Positions 1-8,829 of a stretch of 11,209 nt of DNA are shown piece after piece. Source of the DNA: Octopus sinensis (Eukaryota); NCBI RefSeq assembly GCF_006345805.1, contig NW_021827075.1:1-11209 (forward strand). The letters run 5' to 3'. The notes beneath the pieces were generated by a model. It made no database searches. It was not told the DNA's origin and was given only the letters and a program-made list of their open reading frames with translations. Within the stretch, counting starts at the first letter, position 1. Each line of letters starts with the position of its first letter. A program made the position numbers and the translations under genes.

Positions 1-1388
1 TGCTGTCACTATATAATTATTATATTGGGCTAATCAATATTGAACCTTCTGAATTTGATGATATTGACAGACAAATACGGCAATTGCTTACGTCGCTCAG
101 ATTACATCTCAAACCTGCAAATAAAAGAGACTGTATTTAAACCGGAAGGCTCTTGGAAGAGGGCTTTCATCAGTTGCTTTCAAAAGTGAACTAATGCTCT
201 TTCAGTTCCTTACGAGTCTGGAAAATATGTCAACTATATGCTTACGGAGGGCGGGGATTCTGCGTGTAATTAAAATGAATAAATGGCATTTGGCTATGAT
301 CGCAGGATTTCTATCCTCCAAATATGCAATTATTGATAAGAAGAGTATTACTATGGAGTCTCTAAAGTCCAGTCAGATACAATATTTACAAAGAAAATTA
401 GTTCTAAAGCACTACATTCTGTGCTTTTCAAATGTGTGGATGAACCTAATGTTGATTTACCTGCATCCTCAGAATGGCTATCTAATGGAAATAATGGGCC
501 ACGAAGCGAAGCATGGTATTGTCTTCTGCAAGATCGAAACTTGTTCTTTGCATCGCTGACTCATTATGCAATCTTGTAAGAAAAGCAAGCAAGAAACTGT
601 TGACCACATGGCTACTCAGTGTGGTTAAAATGCTCAACAGTGATTATCTCCGGAGACACAACGAAGTTGTGAAGTGTATCCACTCTTAACTTGTGCCGAA
701 TGTATGGACTCAAAAAAGCAAGACGATTGAAGGGACATTCTGTTCAGTCAACACTGTCGACGGGAAAAGTTGAAATCAGGGTTGATTGTACAATTCTCAC
801 CGAAACAAAAGTAGAATATAACAAGCCAGATATCTTTTGTCCACGACAAAGTCAGAAACGAAATAAATCTAATTGAAGTGGGTTATTACTTCACAGGATC
901 GCCTCAAGCAAGTGGAGGTTGAAAAGTGTCACAAGTATGACCTATTGGCAAGTGAGCTTTCGCTTCTGTATAGCTGTCAAGTAAAAATAATTCCTGTGGT
1001 TATGACATGGGATGGAGTTGTCTCGAAATGCTTCAAAAATATATGAAGAAACTATCTATTGAAGCAGAACGAGGACATAAAATCCAATCCGTTGTACTGA
1101 AAAGAACGCTCGAGAGTATGATGATCGAACACAAGCACGGAATGAAGGTATCTGGTTGAAGAATACGCTTCTGCTTCCAACCGGTATGTGGAGATGGCAT
1201 GCAAAAATGAAGACAACGACCCAATGAATGCTAAAGAAGATGCAATGGTTGAATCAGATGTGGTAGTGGGGAGTAAGAGGCAGCTGGAAGTAGACTCTTC
1301 TTCCAAGAGAAGGAGAGTGGATATCAGCGAGCTGGAGTGAGATCTGCTTAGTTTTGATTAACTATTAATTTATTATTGGTTTAAAAAA
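1..1388 (+). mobile_element. Decayed R4/Dong-like non-LTR retrotransposon, 3' part: RT C-terminus/thumb, CCHC knuckle, restriction-like endonuclease (RLE), C-terminal tail; runs off the left edge
   Basis: Joining frames gives LSLYNYYIGLINIEPSEFDDIDRQIRQLL..RLYLNRKALGRGL (3-170), LLQDRNLFF (~525-548), degenerate C..C..KETVDHMATQCG (~566-625), DYLRRHNEVVKCIH, NKPDIFVHDK..LIEVGIT..EKCHKYDLLASEL..KIIPVVMTWDG (~820-1015; PD-(D/E)xK RLE). Ends at SKRRRVDISELE-TGA (~1341), then a short AT-rich 3' UTR with A6 at 1383-1388. At least 6 frameshifts. ORF-track entries 194..559 and 691..876 are pieces of it. Confidence 0.9.
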
Positions 1389-1875
1389 CGGGTTACCTTT
1401 GTTTTTTATGTCTTTTTGGATAAAAGTTAATAATATTCACCACAAAAAACAAACATAACGCATTTTGACCCGACATAACGTTTTATCGGTTAACTTGAAT
1501 TTTTTATTTAGAAACAATTTAAAATATTAAAAATTATTTTTTTAATTTCCTTAGCCGACTAAAGGTACTTTTTCAACAATTTCCCCCTCTTCATTTTCTA
1601 AATCTAATGTTCCTCCGTCCTGTTTTATCACTCTTGTATGCAGATGTATCTATCTGGTCATACAGAGGATATTTTCTTGTGTTTTCATTTATATCTTTAT
1701 CCATCCGTAAAAGTGCGTAATCTCCTACTGATATTTTCTCTTCATCAAATCTCTATCTTTCCTTGTTTTTATTTTTCCCCCCGCACTTTCCAAATTGTTA
1801 GGTACGTCTTCTTGCATTTTATTTACTTCTCCGCTTTCTGATACACAAAATCTACTTCTTCGTATTAATTTTCTC

Positions 1876-1902
1876 CTTATCGTAAAATAATTTCATAATT
1901 AC
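1876..1902 (-). other. Possible 27-nt intron (phase 1) in the integrase C-terminal linker
   Basis: GTAATTATGAAATTATTTTACGATAAG contains an in-frame TAA. The flanks are not a conserved motif, so support is weaker. Confidence 0.5.
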
Positions 1903-2111
1903 TAGTAAAAGCCAATGAAGACTGGATAATGTAATCATCTAGTTTTTTTGATATCCCACTCCCATAAAAATTTTAAATGGAATATACTTCGTAGTGTCAC
2001 GTTTAGAATTATTATATTGTAGACAATTCTTTTAATAATTGCATGATATTCTCCAAACATTCCATTTGAAGCGCTTGTAGAAGAGATCCATCGTTTTTAG
2101 ATTGGTTAAAT

Positions 2112-2136
2112 CTTAAAATTAACAAAATAAATATAC
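2112..2136 (-). other. Putative 25-nt spliceosomal intron (phase 2, within the Arg codon of VER)
   Basis: GTATATTTATTTTGTTAATTTTAAG. Removal gives CAA GGT CAG GTA GAA CG|A TTT AAC CAA = QGQVERFNQ; unspliced reading hits TAA. Confidence 0.88.
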
Positions 2137-2377
2137 CGTTCTACCTGACCTTGTATACGTGGGGCACATGATCTTCCACATGTGCTTAGTGCCAAACTTT
2201 GTACACATTTCCTCCATCATATTGTTTTTGACTCCTTTCCATTATCTGTTTGCAAGATCAATGGAACTCCAATCATCATAAAAATGTTTCAATAATAGGC
2301 ACTTTTTCTGTGGCGCATTTGGTTCTCTAAAGTTCTACAACCCCCTATTTTGAAAAAGAGTCAATTAAAACGAGAAT

Positions 2378-2399
2378 TTGGATAAATCGTAATAAATAC
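2378..2399 (-). other. Putative 22-nt intron remnant with decayed 3' splice site (AA instead of AG)
   Basis: GTATTTATTACGATTTATCCAA. Removal gives FKW|ILVLIDSFSK, the usual rve W-x-L-x-x-I-D-x-F-S-K segment. Confidence 0.65.
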
Positions 2400-2525
2400 C
2401 CATTTAAAGCTGTTATTTATTTCTGAATATCTTCTTAAATCGATCAAATCAGCAATGTATCTATCTCTTGGGCCTCTTGCAATAATAGGAGTGATAACCG
2501 ACCTTGTAGGTAGCAATTTTTTGAA

Positions 2526-2552
2526 CTGAAATTGAATAATTTAACTAAATAC
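2526..2552 (-). other. Putative 27-nt spliceosomal intron (phase 0)
   Basis: GTATTTAGTTAAATTATTCAATTTCAG contains an in-frame TAA. Removal joins KCDYCQ to FKKLLPTRSVITPI. Confidence 0.85.
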
Positions 2553-2672
2553 CTGACAATAATCACATTTTTGAATTATTTTGCTAATCTCTTCCCAAGT
2601 TGCACCATATATCTTTCCCTTAAGCATAGAAAACATTTTATCTCCTCCAAAATGTACATAACTGTGCTCACA

Positions 2673-2698
2673 CTAATCATAATTAAATAAATTGATAC
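2673..2698 (-). other. Putative 26-nt spliceosomal intron (phase 0)
   Basis: GTATCAATTTATTTAATTATGATTAG. Removal shifts frame and joins KYIE to CEHSYVHFGGDK, the H-x3-H half of the HHCC finger. Confidence 0.85.
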
Positions 2699-3477
2699 TT
2701 CTATATATTTCAGCTTTAACTCTTGTTCTTCTATGCAGAATAATCTGACTTTTTTATTCCTTTGGTATATGTAGGCTATATTTTTTTCAATAAGTATTCG
2801 GTTAGCAATCCTACGTATGTCCTTTTTGTTAATTTCTTCCTCATCATTTATATTTACATCATTTTCATCTTCAATGTTTCCGCAATTTTCCATTTTTTAT
2901 TGTATCATTTTCTGCATATTCATATGTAAGAAATTCTTCAATATCCAACGGATCAAAAATATCTGTGTATCTTGCTATCTTTGAGAAAAGAATTTTTTTG
3001 CAAAAGAATGTTGTTGGTTGTTTTTCGAGAAATTTTTCATTAAGCAAAAAAGAAAATTTTTTGGACAAATATTGACAAGAAAAATGAGGATTCTCCTCTT
3101 TATAAGATAAAATTTCTATTTTCTGATTAAAATTCAGACGAGTATAATAATTACGAGAAAACATGTGGAACAATTTTTATTAATAAAATTCAAATTTATT
3201 AAAAAAAATTTTGAAAAATAAAAATTATAGTACAAAATTAATATTTTCGATGAGAGGAAAACGAGTTGACACAGGTGACGTCGACGTCGCAAACGAGAGC
3301 GAGTCCCCCCTTGAACGGGAATAGCGTAAACCCATCGGGACTTTTTTCGTCACCACGGTCTAGATTTGATCTTTAGTAATTAATTAAAAATTTAGTTTTA
3401 AAATCATTGAATAAAAATCGAATGTTTTTAAATACATAATTTAAATTTACACGTTTATTTACATTTTTTTGTTGTCA

Positions 3478-3779
3478 ATGGTTATAAACTACGAAACAAA
3501 ATTAAAAATTGCTAAATTAATATTGAAGAACAAATTATCCGAAAGACAGATAATTCAAAAATACAAAACTAGTAAAGGCATAATTTCACTAATAAAAAAA
3601 CAATTGTGACTTTTCTTAACGAATTCGTCGATAATATTTATAACGAAGGTTTAAAAAACGATAACATGAAAACAATTCTAAGAGAAACGCAAGATTCTCT
3701 TGATCAGCTAAAGAAAAAAAATTTCATAAATTTCCCGAACTGCTCAAATTATTTTACGATTTTCGACTTAATTTTATGA
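3478..3779 (+). pseudogene. psq/CENP-B-type HTH fragment, probably a pogo/Tigger-like transposase N-terminus
   Basis: ATG 3478: MVINYETKLKIAKLILKNKLSERQIIQKYKTSKGIISLIKKQL* (TGA 3607-3609). A shifted frame continues FLNEFVDNIYNEGLKNDNMKTILRETQDSL..* (3779). No DDE domain seen. A pogo-type terminus lies downstream at 4141. Confidence 0.5.
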
Positions 3780-4080
3780 AAATTAAAGAAAACACACATC
3801 GTTAATAAACTTCAGTTAGCATATTAAAACCAGTTATTATCAGTTTTGTTTTATTGTTGCGTTTACATTCCTAATTTACATTCCTAATCCAAAGGATCCT
3901 GTTGGCCGTTGTGCGTGGGAACAGCTGTTCCATCCGGCTTGCTGGCCGATTAATTTCTGATTAATTTAACTTTCCTTTTAAAAAAAAAATTTTATGAAAA
4001 ATGTAAGAAGTAAAAGGAAAACTGGGGATAAATTAATTTTTCTAAAATTGATTTTTGATGTTTAAAAATCTGTTTTTATT

Positions 4081-4143
4081 AAACCCCTGTTTTTGGGGCA
4101 CCCCCGTGGGGCACTTGGTGCCCCAATTCGGGGTCGAACTGTA
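4081..4143. repeat. pogo/Tigger-type transposon terminus (right-end TIR) followed by TA
   Basis: Reverse strand reads TA|CAGTTCGACCCCGAATTGGGGCACCAAGTGCCCCA. A CAGT terminus with TA target is typical of pogo/Tc1-mariner. Outer 21 nt are 19/21 identical to 8807-8827. Confidence 0.7.
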
Positions 4144-4239
4144 TAACAAAGATAAAGAGACAACCAAACATGTAATTTTAATTATACAAATTAAAACTCT
4201 TAACAATTGCCATTATTCTTCGTAAATGTGGGAAAAAAT

Positions 4240-4880
4240 GAACGTGATACTCAGTCAATTGGTTTGGAGCAATCAATGAACATGCTCTATCACTGTGCAA
4301 TTGTATATTGGCCTCATTGACTTGGAACCCTGTGAATTTGAAGAAATTGATAAATTAGTCAGAAAGAAACTTATGAACTTGAATGTGCATATGAAACCAG
4401 CATGCAAAGAAAAACTTTACTTAACGAGGAATATGTTTGGAAGAGGACTGATATCAAGCACTTTCAAAGCTGAGAAAATGTTGCTTGATTTCAAAACAAG
4501 TCTGGAAAGGCGAAAATTTACTTCTCTGAGGAGTGCAGGAATTCTGTGGGCTGAACAACAAGGAAAGTCACATATGGCCACAATCACAGAATTCTTGCGA
4601 ATAAAATATGAATCAACCCAGCACATTGAACAGACACTAAAGAGTCTGCAGATTGAGTGTCTCTTATCAGCAAATTAAAAAGAAAACTTTCCATTCAAAA
4701 TTATTTGAATCACTTGATAATGAAACTTTCGATATATAGAAATATTTCACCTAAATCTGAAGCCATTCTCTTCCTTCTGCAAGACAGTAATATTTTCCTC
4801 CGCAAGCTTGGTTCAAAATGTTCACATTGCAAAACTTCTAATAAGACACTCGAAATTTTGGAAACTCGATGCAATAGAAT
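4240..4880 (+). mobile_element. Second R4/Dong-like non-LTR fragment (RT thumb to CCHC knuckle), truncated at both ends
   Basis: FGAINEHALSLCN/YIGLIDLEPCEFEEIDKLVRKKLMNLNVHMKPACKEKLYLTRNMFGRGL..LRSAGIL..FHSKLF..SEAILFLLQDSNIF..KCSHCKTSNKTLEILETRC. Collinear with, but diverged from, positions 1-625. Confidence 0.88.
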
Positions 4881-4907
4881 GCGATCGCCTCCAGGTGTTT
4901 TAAAATA

Positions 4908-5640
4908 TACACCCCTCACCATTAAAATCCGAACACTTAATTTTTAGCAAATTTTTAATCATTTTTAATAAAATAATTTATTTGAGCTTCTTTATTTGTA
5001 TTATTTTAACTATTTATATATTTAAGTATATATTCGACAATATAATTTTCAAAATTAAAGCAGAAACGTGTTTTCTAGTGACAAAGAATTCCGAACGGTA
5101 TTTTGTTCAACTCGAATACAATTTTTATTAGACAGAAATGAATAATTTCAAAAAAGGACAAATTATATCTTTATATAAACAAAATTTCTCCTATAAAATG
5201 ATTTCGGACATCGTAAATATACCGAAGACAACTGTTTGGGACTTTGTTAAAAAATATCTAAAAACTGGGATTACGTGCAGAAAGGCTGGATCTGGAAGAC
5301 CACCCAAGTTCAGTCAAGATGAAATTAGGATTCTTTTATCATTATCAACTGATAATTTCCAAACCGCAGCTACCTTGTCTTCAGAAATGGAAAAAATTAC
5401 ACAAAAAAAGTCTCAGCACGCACAATAACAAGAATTCTAAACTCAAAAGGTTTGTATGGACGAGTTGTAAAGAAACGACCATTTCTAAGTTCAAAAAATA
5501 TTGCTCTCAGATATGGAATATCTAAAAAATTTCATGCAATTTCCGACAGCGGATGGAGGAAAGTTATTTTCTCCGACGAATGTAGTTTTGAACTTTTTTC
5601 CCATTCAAGACCAATATATCAATACAGAAAAAAGGAATCT
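4908..5640 (+). mobile_element. Tc1-like (DD34E family) DNA transposon, left TIR plus 3'-truncated transposase
   Basis: TA (4908-4909) then CACCCCTCACCATTAAAATCCGAACAC (4910-4936, TIR-like). ORF from 5138: paired-like HTH, GSGRPPK linker, one frameshift in an A-run at ~5409 (restores VSARTITRILNSKGLYGRVVKKRPFLS), then WRKVIFSDECSFELF (first catalytic Asp). Breaks off near 5640. No second Asp, Glu or right TIR found. Confidence 0.88.
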
Positions 5641-6234
5641 CCCCGGCGTCGTCAAATTGGGATTTGTGGGATAGAATGGGGTATGGCAATGAGTTTGTGG
5701 GGACCTACGAAGTATGATTGCAAAATGCCACTCTAGCACATGTTTCTCATTGTGTCTATCTCCGAACAACCCGCCGACGCCAACAAGAGTCTCTTAATAA
5801 CCTTCAGTCCATTGATCTGCACATAATTCAACTCGTCAACCTTCTTGATAGATAGAGCATCCATTTCTTTGGGAGATGCCATTTACTCCGCCCCTTGCTA
5901 GAGGAGTGTTTGATTGCATACAACCCACTCAAATGAACAGCCACAAAGAAGGAAAACTTGCCAATTTCCTTGTCAAATTCTGCACTGCAGCCAATTAGTG
6001 TCATTTTCTGGAGATATTGCGGGTCTTCGATTAAAAGGTCGTCATAAACAATTTTATATTGTTGAATAATGTGGGACACACTTTGAGAATGCTGGTCAAG
6101 GGAGAAAGGGTAGAAGCCTTGTGAATTACCGGACTGCTATTTTGATTTCTCCTGTGCTACGTTCTTCGGACAAAATGGTATCCGTTAGTCCATATTTAGT
6201 TTTTGTTTAAATCCAAGAATTTTATGAATTAAAG

Positions 6235-6268
6235 TTAACACATTCTCGAAATTAACACATTCTCGAAA
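6235..6268. repeat. Perfect 17-bp tandem duplication
   Basis: TTAACACATTCTCGAAA at 6235-6251 and 6252-6268. Confidence 0.9.
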
Positions 6269-6294
6269 TTGGCCATGAAATTTGTATGTAAAAA

Positions 6295-6455
6295 AAGAAG
6301 ATTAAAGGAACAAAATCGAAAAATATCACAAAAATTATAAATAAGAAATAAATAAAAAAGGAGATTAATAGAAAATAATCGAAAAATATCACAAACAGTA
6401 TAAATAAGTAAAAAAGGAGATAAAAGGAATAAAATCGAAAAATATCACAAAAATG
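6295..6455. repeat. Degenerate A-rich minisatellite, about 3 units of 56-63 bp
   Basis: Core AATCGAAAAATATCACAAA at 6314, 6377 and 6433. The 6252..6467 minus ORF is a low-complexity artefact of it. Confidence 0.8.
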
Positions 6456-6721
6456 ATGAACTTTCAAATAATTAAATCATTAAAAGAAAATACATCCCGA
6501 ATTATTCCTTCTGAATCCAATTATAAAAAAATTAAAGTGTAGCAAATAATTAAAAGAGCACCACAAAGTAAATCAACAGCGTGCTCACACGTGCATAATT
6601 TATTAGGCATTAGGTTTGCCATTAAGAAATTAAGATAAAAAACTAACAATTTTTCAAGTTTTTTTTAATTGAATTAAAATATTATTATACAACTATAAAT
6701 AATTTTTAATTTTAAATAATG

Positions 6722-6932
6722 AGTGGGATAATCGGCCCGAAAGCCCTGGAGTTCCTTTCAGAAATCGGTTTGATGATCTCGAGGAAAAGTCACGAGAGAC
6801 GTGAGTCTAGCTGGCTTTTTCAGCGCATTTCGCTCGCGATATTGCGCGGAAACTGTCTATCTATTCGCGCGTCCTCTTAATCAAAGAATTAGCATCATAA
6901 ATTCACTTAATTAACACTCAAACTAAAAAAAA
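6722..6932 (+). mobile_element. 5'-truncated CRE-like non-LTR retrotransposon 3' end (RLE C-terminus)
   Basis: Open frame 6722-6880: SGIIGPKALEFLSEIGLMISRKSHERRESSWLFQRISLAILRGNCLSIRASS*. QRIS.AI.RGN is the characteristic CRE-type RLE terminus. GC/CpG-rich, followed by a short UTR and an A-run at ~6925-6932. Confidence 0.8.
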
Positions 6933-7026
6933 ATTTTTTTAAAAATTTAAATATTAAAAATCTCGCGTCACCTAAAACAAAGAATCTTATAATATAAAAT
7001 CAGAGGTTTCGCTAAGCGTTTTATTC

Positions 7027-7206
7027 TAGGCTTCTGGAGTCAGTGATACAGAATTTTTCACTGTTTTTTGTTTGGTGCTGATGGAGAATATGTTTGGAGA
7101 TAAACGTGAAGTCTTAAAACTCATCTATCGAAAAGCGATGGACAGGTTGGGATTTGACTCAGAAAAACTCAACCAATTGAAAGATTTGGCAGCTGAACTT
7201 CTTTAG
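7027..7206 (+). pseudogene. Short unassigned protein-like frame (helical C-terminal remnant?)
   Basis: ..ASGVSDTEFFTVFCLVLMENMFGDKREVLKLIYRKAMDRLGFDSEKLNQLKDLAAELL*. Coding-like composition between AT-rich flanks. Family not recognised. Confidence 0.3.
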
Positions 7207-8687
7207 AATTTTGTTGCTTATTGATTTTTTGGGTTTCTCAATAAATTTTTTTGGCAATGTTTCTAGGAATAAAATTTTTTAAAGTTTGCTTTTTTTACTT
7301 AACCTTAAAACCAAGAAATATTTGTTAAGTAATTTTTTCTATTATTCTTAAATTGTCTTTTTTGCGTGGTTTTTAGAACCTATGCTTACTGAACAATCGA
7401 CCGACTTCAAAAACAGGAAAGTGTGTTTTTACATTACCATGTCACAATTTCTTGCAATACAGAGGACATGTTGGCTGGTTTGAGAAAAGATCCATTTTCA
7501 ATGCAATGATGGTGAAAGTAATGCTGGCAAACACTCCAAGCTAATCAAAATATAAAAATTAAAGACCGATAGGACACTGGTCACCGGGAAATAAACATTT
7601 TAAGCAACATGATTCAAAAGACATGCGACATATACTACAACAGTCGTCTTCGATGTTCCAGCGTCTGAGAATCAAGCACGAAACCAAGAAAGTCACCGAC
7701 GGGTTTTCAACCAATCAGTTGCCTAGCCGTATAATCAAATAAATAGTTATTCTTAATATCCATTAAGCCACATTTTAAACAACTGTAAAAAGCTACGAGG
7801 TATGAAAGAATTAGACTCTAAGGGCACCGAGCCGATTAAATACGTGCTGTGCGTTCTGCGGATGACAATTACTACTTGGAAATGAAGACTTGTTTATACC
7901 AATTTCTTATTGAAAACCTAAACAAGAAGTGTCCGTATCTCACGTGGATTGGGTTGTCGAATTCGTTTCGCATCACCAACTTAATAGTTTGGTAAATTTA
8001 TTCAGTTGCTCATAGACAACCCCAAATCAACAAGTTTTATGAGATGGGGATTTTGTATCAACGGTATAATTATTTATTAAACTGGCCCAACCCAGATGCC
8101 CTCCAATGAACACTTGTTCGCCTCTAAATGACATGCAACACACAGCAGGGAGAAATGGCTTGAATTGGATGCCACTCCTTCTCTGTATGTACCCACATGA
8201 CACCCGTAAATATAAGAATTCCATTAGTTCTGTGATACACGCCGTATTGTATAAAAGATGTTTGTCTCCTTCCGAAAGACAACTTTGGACTGAATGTTTG
8301 TTGATCAATTGAGTGTGTCGAACTCCGAGAAGATTCAATCCAGCAATCCTCACTGAATAAATGTCAGGACTGGAACCCCGAAGACTGAGGGAACAGTTTA
8401 ATATCCTTTAGATTTGTTTGCCGAATGATTTGTAGTTTCCTAAACGGTTTGCTGTCACCTTTCATTCTATTTTGATTAATAATAATCCCCGTGCAGGATC
8501 AGAGTTCTAGAAGTCCTTTTTTTCGGTAGGCATTAAGTGCCTCCTGAGCGTTTCCATATCCGATTGGGAGTTCCAACTGATATGGTGGACCCCATAACGC
8601 CACGATAATACCGGAATGAAAATAAGAAATCCCTATTTTTCAACTGTGTCGTGCCAGAAGTACTCATTGCCTCGCGGGCAGGGGAAC

Positions 8688-8829
8688 TTTTCCCCGGTAG
8701 GGGGTTTATTTCATTAAAAATCATCGTATTTTATAGGGATGGCAAAAATATTTCCCCAAAAGCAAGGTTTTCCCCAAAAAAGAGGGTTTCCCCGCTACTT
8801 GGTTTTCCCCAATTCGAGGTCGCACTGTA
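8688..8829. repeat. Second pogo/Tigger-type terminus with subterminal TTTCCCC repeats, followed by TA
   Basis: Reverse strand TA|CAGTGCGACCTCGAATTGGGGAAAACCAAGTAG. TTTCCCC occurs five times (~8689, 8751, 8769, 8787, 8804). Confidence 0.7.

Larger units (their letters stand above)
1534..3164 (-). pseudogene. Ginger/KRBA2-like DDE (rve) integrase/transposase with N-terminal HTH, HHCC zinc finger and C-terminal tail; intron-containing and degenerate
   Basis: ATG at 3164: MFSRNYYTRLNFNQKIEILSYKEENPHFSCQYLSKKF..KISRKTTNNILLQK (HTH-like). After removing micro-introns: IE|CEHSYVHFGGDKMFSMLKGKIYGATWEEISKIIQKCDYCQ|FKKLLPTRSVITPIIARGPRDRYIADLIDLRRYSEINNSFKW|ILVLIDSFSK ... GVPLILQTDNGKE ... GRSCAPRIQGQVER|FNQS..KRWIS ... 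YNNSKRDTTKYIPFKIFMG ... ISVGDYALLRMDKD. Residual stops and frameshifts remain. No RT or RNase H adjacent. Confidence 0.88.

Noticed and set aside
1534-3164. Ty3/gypsy LTR retrotransposon as the source of the integrases
   Set aside because: No protease, RT, RNase H, LTR, PBS or PPT nearby, and intron candidates argue against an RNA intermediate.
1385-3360. TIR pair flanking the minus-strand Ginger-like gene
   Set aside because: Only weak similarity (ACGGGTTACC near 1388 vs GTAAACCCAT near 3326); no convincing inverted match or TSD.
6252-6467. Hydrophobic F/I/L-rich minus ORF resembling a membrane protein
   Set aside because: It is the translation of the T-rich strand of an A-rich minisatellite.
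6453-6640. Short Lys/Ile-rich plus frame (MMNFQIIKSLKEN...)
   Set aside because: Low complexity, interrupted by TAG at ~6540, no motif; expected by chance in A-rich DNA.
4121-8829. The two CAGT termini as the paired TIRs of one 4.7-kb composite transposon
   Set aside because: They are in the same orientation (direct, not inverted) and have different internal motifs.
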